Part shown: piece by piece, positions 29,401 through 40,124 of the stretch
Layout of the letters: each line of letters starts with the position of its first letter
Position numbering within the stretch: position 1 is the stretch's first letter
DNA from: Trichoplax adhaerens
Taxonomy: Eukaryota > Animalia > Placozoa
Length of the DNA: 64,000 nt
NCBI RefSeq assembly: GCF_000150275.1
Contig: NW_002060944.1
Location: 8,952,159-9,016,158, forward strand
Reading direction: 5' to 3'
Program-made: the position numbers and the translations under genes
Notes under the pieces: generated by a model
What the model saw: only the letters and a program-made list of their open reading frames with translations
The model's database searches: none
Told to the model about the DNA's origin: nothing

Positions 29401-30676
29401 TTAACTATTAAAGGAAGCCAATTTAAAACCTTCATTTTGAAAAACTGCTTTCGCATTGCAATAATTTAGGTGGCTCTACAACCGCTTTTGAAGAAAGTAT
29501 TGCAAAGTCCTTCCTTATAAGTGCTGATCAAGCCCATGCTGTGCATCCAAATTATGGGTATGGGCCACTTACAGTTTATGTATTTAGCGATGTACCCTTT
29601 TACTATGTTCGTAGTCTCTAGTGAATGAATAGCTGTTATTATTGCAGCCTGTGTAGAAAGTAATGAAATAATCTCATGTAGTTAAATCGGTTGTACATGT
29701 TATCTATGCAGACACAAGCACGAAGACGATCATCAGCCGGCATTACATAAGGTAAATTTCACACGTTATGGACTTATAACGTTGTATGTCTTGGATTTGA
29801 TTACTATAACTATAGAATAATTTTTAGAAATCACTCCTTCTAAAAGTTCTAACCAATGACGAATAAATTCAGGGTCCTGTAATAAAGTTTAACGCAAACC
29901 AACGGTATGCGACTACGGCCGTCACCTCAGCAATATTAAGGGAAGTAGCGCATAAATGCAACGTACCTTTACAGGTGAATATGATCCTAATTTTTCTGAC
30001 ATTTAGTAAAAATTTTGCCTGCATTTTAATTCAAACGTCAGTATTTTGTTAACAAATAAAATATTTCAGATTTGTAGTATATTATAAAGGCAGTCAGTAC
30101 AGTAGTACAGCCTCATTCTGGGATAATAAATTTTCAGTCTTGTATGAATTCATATATTTTTAGGACTTTGTAGTAAGAAATGACGTCGCTTGTGGTAGTA
30201 CCATTGGACCTATCCTGTCTGCCAAACTGGGTTTGCGTACTATTGGTATGCGGCTTACTCTATGACAGCACTCTACTGATACAATCTTAGTGTAAATTCT
30301 GAATTTTTATGGTTATCCTACCATAGATTGCATTAAGTTTTATTTTGGGTTTGACACCTTAGATATTGGAAATCCTCAACTGGCAATGCATTCAATTCGA
30401 GAGATGTGTTGCACTACTGGTGTCTATCAGGCGACCGAGTTATATAAGGTAATAATAGTTTGTAGTGGAATAAATTCGGTCAGTCTGCGGTTAATTTCAT
30501 AACGTATGTTAGAATCATAGAGCTTTTCATGGTTAGAATAGCACTCATATCATAAGAGCAGTTGCTTGCAAATTTATTTCTTTATAGTACTGATAATACG
30601 GTTTACATATCCTATTACGCAATAGACCTTTTTTGAAGAGTATCCGGGAATCAACGAAAACTTTCACGAAAATTAA
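26471..30676 (+). CDS. DNPEP: Aspartyl aminopeptidase (M18 metallopeptidase), 15 coding exons, ~460 aa
   Basis: Manually spliced GT-AG exons with consistent phase: 26471-26543, 27077-27279, 27647-27772, 28199-28323, 28501-28567, 28659-28766, 29006-29083, 29172-29255, 29326-29395, 29470-29557, 29712-29751, 29873-29974, 30164-30245, 30363-30448, 30626-30676 (1383 nt). M18 motifs present: [73 protein letters not shown]. Confidence 0.97.
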
Positions 30677-32017
30677 AATTCTGTATTTGTGATATTTCTC
30701 AATCTTGCAGATAATCAAGTCCATTTTGTAATTTTAAAAATTTGCTGCTCAAGGCCTTATGAATTTAGTTTGAAAAATATTGCGTTACTTTGTTTAGTTA
30801 TAGTATAGAACTGTACTTTACAGTCATTGTAATAAGCTCGTCAATTATTTTGATTTTGCTGATCTTTAGTTCTCTGTAATTAATATGTAACCTTATCCTG
30901 ACGAGTCATTTAATGTTACATTGGTAATAAATTGTTGTAAGAAAAATGTTAACATTGAAAATATATCATCTAACAGTAAAATAAATTCAAATTTTATCTT
31001 GATATGCGATGTAATGGTATAGACCGTAGATTAGGCTTGAAAGGGTGGTGTAGTTTTAAAATATGCAGCTAACGTCAGTAATTCAGAACCAATTAGTTGT
31101 TAATATCTTTACCGTATGTTACATACGGCCTAGAAAAGTAAGAGTGGGTAATAGTCTGTACACCAAGCTGGTGCGATCTTGATTGCGTCATGGCGCGTAA
31201 ATAGATAATTAGCGAAACAATGGACAGGCTCACTAAAGATACTCAAGGTGTATGTGGCTAAACTGAGTATTTACAAATTTCAGATGAACTAGAGATATAG
31301 CTGATAAGTTTGGTACACACAAGTGATACTCTCGATATAAGCACAATCTTATTCTATAGTTAATTGTAATGGTTATTAATTGATAGATCAAACATTAGCT
31401 GCAATGGCTCTGCTTCTTTGCATTAAAATAATGTGGTTTAGGTACACGACAGCACACTGCATTACTTTTCAGTAAATCAAATGGACTTCTGTAATAAGTC
31501 AAATTCCGTGATTTTATTGTAATGGTTACATTTGATTGATTATTTACGGCACATTGAAAAAAATTTTTAAAATTGATCAATTCGCTTAATTCGGACCATA
31601 CTCGTATTGCATTCGAAGAATCCGTTAGCGTATTGCAGAAGTAAATCATGGATGCACTCGTATGAGAATAGACAGAAGCATACATTATGCCAAAAATATC
31701 ATTTCACTTCTGCTATAATACATTAATTTTGTCTACGTTGATTACGTTTCCAACATTTACCATTTTACGGCGATTAAACTTTGAAGATTTAAAACAAGGG
31801 CCACTTCTAATCCAAAATATATTTAAGATACGAATGTACACGTTTACGAAATTATACTATTATTTTAAACCTAGTGAAAACTATTATTTTAATTATTTAG
31901 TATATTCGTAAACTAAAGCTAAAAGTATTTTCAAAATTTCGATATCTGCAAGTTTAGGATTTTAACTTAAATTTCAAAGAGATAGATAGCCTAACAAATG
32001 TATGAAATCTATACATT

Positions 32018-35000
32018 TTATATACTCGCATTATCGTGCTCTTTTTGTTTGACTCTAATTCTGCCACTTTGCATAGTTACTTCAAGTCCTAGCTCATTTA
32101 ATGCAGTACTGTTAACTACACCCTTAATATTCAACTCAGCAATAACATTTTGATTTTCTATGTTTTCATCACAAAGATTCCTAATTGCTAATATGCACCA
32201 TTGTGTGACAAATGGGTTGCAAACGTCAAACCTGCATTGATTTAGCAGCAACGGTATGCCACCTAAAATACGAATCTAGAAAATATCGTACAAACATCAG
32301 TATGACAAAGGCATACCGAAGGAGAAACGTTTAATATTTTTCCAACTATCAGTATGCATATACCTCATCTTGAATGATGCGATTTCGGTATGACATATTG
32401 CCTATCAACCGTATCAAATTCTTTTTTAAATTGTCAGTATGACTACCCGGATTGTTTAATTCGGTTGGAGTGTCTTGGATTTTGCTAAAAATACCACCAT
32501 CCGATTGTTGATCAACTTCGTAAATAGACCTGAGTAATTCCAAAGCAGCTCTAACTAAAAGCAGCTGATTATGAAGATTCGGATACAGAGTATTGAGGCT
32601 CGTTGCATAGCCTAAAATATCCAATAATTTCATTGCAAGTTGCATCTAATCAAAATAAATGCAATTGAATTGTAAGAATAGATCCAAGGATAACAAAAGT
32701 ATATGAAATAAGCTATCACTACCACGGCTGGTAGTAAGATATAAGTGTACTATTCGGTAAAAGGTAATATTTACAACCTCTTCGGTAAATTGGCGAGTAT
32801 TTGCGTATTGTGCAATTACACCACAAATGGACAGAAATTTATCTGATATATAGAGACAGGTATTTTCCGGTATAATTGGTTGACGGAGATAAATACTTCC
32901 ATTTACATATGGATTACTGATATCGCCTGTGATTTAGTTTAAGGGAAATTTAAATTTGTAAATAAGCAAATACTTTCAATATCATTTCCTTTTTCAATAT
33001 GAAGCACAGTGGGTAAGGCGATTCTTACGTTTAAGTAAGACTTCTACGTGTTTAAGTAACGTCAAATGGCATTGATTTTCTAAACAGTCAAATAAATCAG
33101 GTAAAAAGTTTTCCTGTAAAAGCCTCTCAATTACAAATTCCCTAGAATGTAGTCAACAAGATCCTGGTTATTTCCAGACGAATTTGATACCTCGATAGTT
33201 GAATAAATGCCAAAAGATTACTATTCGTTAAATATAATAAAGTATGGAATGAGCTCTAAGATGATATAATGTGATTAAATCAGTTACATTGTAGTTACCT
33301 CCATTCACATGTTTGCAATTCTAAAACTGCCATCACTATAGGTCGGCCACGAAGCGGATCGCAGAGAGATCTGCAAAGGATAAATATTTATCATTAAACT
33401 TTGTAAATTAGAAAATAGAACACAGTTTATTTCAATAGCTGGATATATAGCATTTAAGCTAACACATCCAAGTTTATGAATCTTTATCCTACCTTTCCTG
33501 CCCTGAAAGCGTATTATACAGTGTAGCGCAAGTATAGGCTCTGACAACTTCATCACTACAGTTTAATCCAACACTACCCGTACAAATAAATTAGTGTCAA
33601 TTTACATATAGCAACCTTATTTTTATGCTCAATTTTTTTTACCAAGTTTTTGTTGTATATTATTCAAAGGTAAAACAATTATAATGATAGCAACAACTAA
33701 ATAATTTATTGATACTTACTAGAATATTCTATCATAGCACATAGACCAAATTTCATTTTGAATAAAGGTTTGTTGAACTGACATATTGCATAGAATTTGC
33801 ATGCATATTCGTGGTATAGAAATTACTGCAAGATCGCAAAGAGATTACAAAAATCAGTTTAAAATATTAGATAACTAACAAATCGCAATTTAAATATCTA
33901 CTTTATCCAGTTTAACTTTGAAAAGGTGGCTTAATTAGGAGTAATGAAATTATACTGAGTATACAATAATGCAGTAGGTAGCATGAGAATTGTGTATATG
34001 TTATCGTATCGATTATAGATTATAGAGAAGAGTAGACGTCTAGGCGCTCCGCTAATCCGATCAATTAAAAATTACAGCAGCAGAAACAGCAAAAATCATT
34101 ACTCTTTTAAATCGAATTTTATAAAGATGCTTAGCATTGGCACCTACCCGATTTATTCTGTAAAGTTATACGGCTTTGAAGGGTTTGTAAGATCAATTCG
34201 CCAGTGAGAAGGTGAACTTGCACATGGCTAGAATGAATGAAAGTTATACAAGGTGTATCTATTCAGATAAGATGTACGAATACACGATAATTTAAACTTT
34301 AATCTATAGACTGGCAATTATCGCTTAGCTATTCTCTAAACAGTTCATATTTCCAGTAAAACACCAATCTATTAGTAATCAAGCTAGATAAGCTACCATC
34401 TATTTAAATCGTATCAATCGGATATACTAAAAATCACATAAATGGAGTAGACTCTAGTGTAGCCGGTAAAAAATTTTCCAGTGTTGATCATAATACCCTA
34501 AGATTAGGATTCATTTGGGGGATTTTATTTGGTTACTTACAATAAATATTCCTGACCATGCGGAGCTTCGACACAAACATTACGTAAATATCTTAGTCCA
34601 TATAATATTGCCGATTCTAAATCATCATTCACACTGTCTTGACGTATCAGTTGCGCAAAATATGTCACGATTAGGTCTTTCGCAAAATTGATATCTCGTT
34701 GATGTGATTCAGCTCTGCAATTAGTGCAGTATATTGCATACATATCAGTTTGGTTCAATGGCATACAGTTAAAAAATCAAAGCCTATTCCATTATTAAAG
34801 TGAAGATAATATTGGCCATTACTGATTCCAATCAATGTAAACAACTGATTGCTTACTAAACGGTAGAAAGTTTGGAGGCATTTATCATCGCTATGTCTAC
34901 AATAGCCATGCAGTAATCAATATCTTCTATTCCAAGTATTGGGCATATTGTTCTGCATATTTAACTACAGCTGCAGGTTGTAAGAACATGATATAAAGCT

Positions 35001-35571
35001 CACATGCAAAATGTTAGACTCAAATGTTATCTCTTTCAATCAGAGTAGATCTATATTAGGTGTACAGTAGATGACCAGGTTATTTTAGAAAAAGTGAAAT
35101 CTAACATCCTACAGTTTACAATACTGAACTGGCAACAAAGCAACACTGCATGAGCGTCGATCTCTGCTAAGTCATGGTTCGGTATACTACCGTATAAAAA
35201 CTGAATTACTGTACGCTATACTATTGTATTTCAAAGTGCCTAACCATCATCAAGTCTACTTTAATCAATTAAGCTCATCTCCACTGCTACATCAAACAAT
35301 ATTGCTTACACGTAAAGAGTAAACTACTTTAATCCATTGAGGTGATTTCCTATTGCTGCACAAAACAACATTGCATTCATGTACACAGTATCGATGATAC
35401 AGTATACTCTTTGGTCTATCTATACAGTCTATCTTACCTATAGGTAGGAGATTTACTTAATTGAACTAATGTTTCCAATTCATGAACGTGGCGTTGAATA
35501 TTTGCAATAGAAGCATCTGGATTTGGAGATATCATGCAATCGGAGAAGACATCGCATAGCTCTTCCTCCAT
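32018..35571 (-). CDS. ATXN10: Ataxin-10 (armadillo-repeat protein), 10 coding exons, ~483 aa
   Basis: Exons in transcript order: 35571-35438, 34714-34541, 34227-34148, 33825-33720, 33573-33493, 33370-33299, 33141-33029, 32926-32775, 32645-32364, 32275-32018 (1452 nt, phases consistent). The C-terminal LIRLIGNMSYRNRIIQDEIRILGGIPLLLNQC..D..NPFVTQWCILAIRNLCDENIENQ matches the Ataxin-10 domain; the N-terminal region has LRYLRNVCV. Confidence 0.93.
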
Positions 35572-35591
35572 ACTTTGGCTTGCAACGCCTC

Positions 35592-36529
35592 CTACGAGAA
35601 CTACGATGACTGTTTGGTTATCGGCGTAGGTCTAGGTTACCATACACTAGTATGCTAAACTACAGTACACTAGAGATCGAGAAATTCGTAATCTCTCTTA
35701 TACCATTATACCAGTATGGCGTAAGAGACAATCTTCAGCCATACTAGTACGGACGGAAGCGAAGACGAAATGATGGATAAGTACGGACGGAAGCAAAGAC
35801 GAAATGATGGATAAGTACGGACGGAAGCAAAGACGAATTGATGGATAAGTACGGACGGAAGCGAAGACGAAATGATGGATAAGTACGGACGGAAGCGAAG
35901 ACGAAGTGATGGATAAGTACGGACGGAAGCGAAGACGAAATGATGGATAAGTACGGACGGAAGCGAAGACGAAATGATGGATAAGTACAAACGGACGTAA
36001 AGACGAAATGATGGATAAGTACGGACGGATGCAAAGACGAAATGATGGATAAGTACGGACGGAAGCGAAGACGAAATGATGGATAAGTACGGACGGAAGT
36101 GAAGACGAAATGATGGATAAGTACGGACGGATAAGTACAGACGGAAGCGAAGACGAAATGATGGATAAGTACGGACGGAAGCGAAGACGAAATGACGGAT
36201 AAGTACGGACGGATGCAAAGACGAAATGATGGATAAGTACGGACGGAGGCGAAGACGAAATGATGGATAAGTACGGACGGAAGCGAAGACGAAATGACGG
36301 ATAAGTACGGACGGATGCAAAGACGAAATGATGGATTAGTACGGACGGAGGCGAAGACGAAATGACGGATAAGTACGGACGGAAGCGAAGACGAAATGAT
36401 GAATATAGTAAGTAGGGCAGACTCTAGTCTACACCATGACGGAACTCAAGATTACCTTTCAACTGCAAATTTTGACTTATCAACTCAGCAGATTACACTG
36501 ATCATTGGCAATTTGGAGTCTTTACTTAC
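35592..36529 (-). other. Predicted 5'-UTR intron of ATXN10 containing the 34-bp minisatellite; the upstream exon ends in a 7-codon uORF (MSIGMA*, 36550-36530)
   Basis: Consensus donor AG|GTAAGT at 36530/36529 (minus strand) and acceptor TTCTCGTAG ending at 35592, 20 nt before the ATXN10 ATG. No transcript data. Confidence 0.55.
35746..36405. repeat. 34-bp minisatellite, 19 full units plus one 14-bp truncated unit; consensus AGTACGGACGGAAGCGAAGACGAAATGATGGATA
   Basis: Direct reading: units start at 35746, 35780, 35814 and so on. The truncated unit AGTACGGACGGATA is at ~36120. Few substitutions between units; strongly purine-rich on the + strand. Confidence 0.98.
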
Positions 36530-36550
36530 CTATGCCATGCCAATGCTCAT

Positions 36551-37130
36551 TTTTGATTCTATCGATTGATATCGAAAATGTATCCTAAATTAAAACGCTC
36601 GCAATCAAACCTCTGTAGTGAATGGAATAACAATCAGGGCCGTAAACTCTTAGTAAGCATTCCAACTTGCAAAAAAACCTACTACTCCAGATCGTTGCAA
36701 CAGCTTTATCGATTCTCTTGTCTCTACTCTACCTAATATCAAAGTTTGATACAATTTTATTAAGATTAGACATAGCTGGTATTAGGTTTAGTTGGGACAA
36801 GAGAACGGATCGAGCTGTTTTAGCGATGTGTAGTACTCGGTTTTTGCAAGCTGAGGTGACGTAATGGTCAGAGTTTACTAGGCCTTAATACCGCTCTTGA
36901 ACTGGAAAGCATCGATGTCTACCGGTACTAACAGTCTAGCAGAGACTGCTAAAAATGCAGAAATATCCTGCCGGAGTATATTTCTAGAAGTCTAGCAGTA
37001 GTTGATGGCTGCAGTTAACTTAAAGTTACAGTAATCGACGACTAGACTACTTGTAGAGTACAGTAGGCATGGTGATACTGTATGTGTCGTATTTATTTCC
37101 CTAACAAACCCTTACGAATGACAGTCGTCC
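36551..37130. promoter_or_regulatory. Putative bidirectional promoter region shared by ATXN10 (-) and the HAD gene (+)
   Basis: Lies between the predicted first exons of two divergently oriented genes. Contains a CRE-like TGACGTAA at ~36857. Position-based inference. Confidence 0.4.
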
Positions 37131-37294
37131 AGTATGGGTAATTCAGTATGTGTTGGTGTAGTATCTTAAATAGTCATTACTGGGGAAATCAGTTTGCACA
37201 GAGTTGCTAGGGCTTAACAGAGACCAGATACTGCTGGAGAGACGAATCGCCATTGGAAGATTAACAATTTCGATTTCAGTTATTATTAAGGGTG

Positions 37295-38017
37295 ATGATG
37301 GAACTATCTGATTTCGATGTTTTAACTTTTGATTGCTACGGCACCTTAATCGATTGGGAGAGTGGTATTCTTCAAGCGCTCAAGCCTTGGTTAAACCAGC
37401 ACAAGATTGAGCTGACGGATGCCACCATCTTGGAAATGTATGCACGCCATGAATCGAAGATTGAGCACGATTTTCCTGGTATAGTCTATACGGATATCTT
37501 ATATCGTGTTCATAAAGCTTTAGCAAAAGAGTGGAATATCATCCATTCGACGGATGATGAAGCAACCCGCTTTAGCTTGTCGGTTAAAGATTGGCCAACT
37601 TTTTCCGACTCTCATGATGCTTTAAAAACACTAAAGCGTTACTATAAATTAGCCATACTTTCCAATATAGACAACCAATCCATACAACATAGCATTAACA
37701 AATTAGGCGTTGAATTTGATTACGTCTTTTCGGCTCAGGACATTGGATCGTATAAACCCAATCAGCGAAATTTTCAGTATTTACTGGATAACTTGGCAAC
37801 TTGTGATATACAAGCCAGTAAAGTCTTACATACAGCCCAGAGTTTATTTCATGATCATGTACCGGCTAAAGCGATAGGAATGGCAACATGTTGGATTAAT
37901 CGACGCTATAATAAGTCAGGTTGGGGAGCGACGCCGGAACCTTCCCATCCAGTCAAACCTGACTTCCAGTTTAATAGTCTGGCAGACATGGCAGCTGCCA
38001 GACAACAACTAAATTAA
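37295..38017 (+). CDS. Haloacid dehalogenase type II-like HAD-superfamily hydrolase, intronless CDS, ~240 aa, bacterial/fungal type
   Basis: Single uninterrupted ORF (ATG at 37295 or 37298). HAD motif I LTFDCYGTLIDWESG, motif II LSN, motif III GSYKP and motif IV HTAQSLFHDH are present, plus the C-terminal WINRR..GWGATP typical of the bacterial/fungal 2-haloacid dehalogenase-like family. Confidence 0.93.
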   Translation: MMELSDFDVLTFDCYGTLIDWESGILQALKPWLNQHKIELTDATILEMYARHESKIEHDFPGIVYTDILYRVHKALAKEWNIIHSTDDEATRFSLSVKDWPTFSDSHDALKTLKRYYKLAILSNIDNQSIQHSINKLGVEFDYVFSAQDIGSYKPNQRNFQYLLDNLATCDIQASKVLHTAQSLFHDHVPAKAIGMATCWINRRYNKSGWGATPEPSHPVKPDFQFNSLADMAAARQQLN

Positions 38018-40124
38018 CGAGTACAGATCCAAACAATCAATTACTGTGGAGAATACAACTTACAATCAATACCTGGCAATCAAGTTATTGCCGGAAATAA
38101 CTACTGAAAATTACATGTTAATTGACAGCTAATATCATATAGTACTATGTCGAGTATACTGTACTAGAGTTACCGGAAATTGACGTAATCAGGCATTTTG
38201 TGAAATGGCTATGCCTAGTAATGATATCCCTCTGTACAATGTATGGTCTAAAATGAAATAACTACTATTTTATCTTTACTATAAGTGGTTTTAAGTTATT
38301 ATGTTGTAGTACATGCGTCGCCTTGATTTAGCCTATTACAGACTGGGACACGATCTGTATGATAAAATTATTTGAATGAGAGGCATCGATTGTGTTGCAA
38401 TGAGAAGGTTAGAACCTACCCTGTATTTACCTATATAATAATTTTATCGCTGATGTCTTATTGATTGCTAATTTTTATCTATGACGAATAAAGCCCATGT
38501 GGACATTGCACCATCGGCTTTAAAGTAGATTGATCATTCACTATTAGAAAAAGTTTTACTTCTAGTCGACTGCCCTTATAATTATTGTAGTTCTTTACTA
38601 AAATAATACCTGACATCCAATATCGAACCTATCTCAAGAAATAGTTGATAAAGCAAGAAAGCAACCGATCTATCAAAGCTGCTTCGTTTTAATGATGCTC
38701 TACAAGCTAATAAACTTCATTCCATTTACAAACTGAAATAGGTTACTAAAAATGGGATATCGTTCTTCATCATTAGTAGAGACTATATTTTGTCTTTAAC
38801 AATACAGATATCTTCATTCAAAAAGTATGCGTGCAATTACTTATTGCCTTATTTAGTTATTTACATGTAGAAATTAATTTTGCGATTCTTTGATTATCTC
38901 TTTTTCACATCGCATTGATACTATAGTAAATATGATAGCTTGGTAACTTAGCGATACTATCAATTTTGTTAGAATATTTGCTTGAGCTTTACTTTTAACA
39001 ATTAGGTATGCTACATTTTAGTATCTGAAATAGCTACAGATGACTGTGTGGCATACTTATTCCTTATGCATGTTAATCAAGCTGTAAAGTGTACATTAGC
39101 TCTCGGTATTAAGAAGCCTATTGCCAGTGTATACCGCTGAAATGTAAAGCAGTTTCTACGGTATTACGTGCATCCCTACACTGACTGGATATAAACATGC
39201 ACTGTGCCCACATTCACTTGAGTTCTAAACAACCTGATACTCAGCATATTTAATAAACCATGCACTGTACATAAAAGAATATTTCTAGTTTATATGACAG
39301 TAAGTCATAATTGGTGATATCTTGGGTAATTTGCTCTAATGTTTTCAATCATTTGTAAAATGGAGACGGAAATTCCATCAAGGCGACATTTAGCGACTTT
39401 GATAATTATTTAATACCTTATACGCAACAATTGATTGTATTATATTGGGTACACCTTACAAATAAATCAGAGCGCATCAACAAATGAAACTCGTATATCA
39501 TCCTAGTTATACTGCATACGAGAACGTATGCTGTTAATACTAAACAAAACAGTGAAAAAGACGGTGTCGGCAAGAAATTATTATTATGATTACAGCTTAA
39601 GGTCGATACTATCCTTATTAAAGTACTATACGTGCACACTGCAGTTAGCCTACGAATGAGGCTACAATTAAGCTATGCAATGACTGTATCTAACAATTAC
39701 TATTTACGGCACAGAGCACTGCATACAGATCATAAATACACACTTAAAGTCTATCCCAGTTGAAACCTTAGTACAGATATGATGTTACAGGCGAGAGAGT
39801 ACAGTAAAAGATACTTAGTCAATAATAGTAGATTATCGCATATACTTACTTAATAAGAAGTTGCATAGATGGAAATGAAAGCAAGTAACTTTACATCAAT
39901 ACATCACATCAATTATATATGCAGAAAATGTGCCGACATTCAGGCATCATCAGGCTAAGAGATAAAATACAATGTATGGTTTCACATAGTTAGCTGTAAA
40001 ATTCGGGAAAAATTGGCTAATACTATTGCATGATTACCAGTGACCATCGGCTAATATGCACAGGTAAAAATAGCTATAGCTACTCTTATTTTTTAAAACT
40101 GATTGTTTGCGGTCCTATAAATTA

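Noticed and set aside
33305-33556. 83-aa ORF-track protein within ATXN10
   Set aside because: Wrong frame across exon and intron. The real exons (33573-33493, 33370-33299) read in other frames.
35706-36320. 204-aa and 96-aa repetitive ORFs (HPSVLIRHFVFASVRTYPSFRL...)
   Set aside because: By-product of a 34-bp unit without stops on the minus strand cycling through three frames; non-ATG start, no homology.
35746-36405. CRISPR-like array (repeat length ~34 bp)
   Set aside because: Units are head-to-tail with no unique spacers, there are no cas genes, and the context is eukaryotic.
37281-37294. Shine-Dalgarno-like TAAGGG before the HAD ATG, suggesting bacterial contamination
   Set aside because: Weak match. 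The flanks are AT-rich host-like DNA contiguous with spliced genes, and there are no neighbouring bacterial ORFs or gaps.
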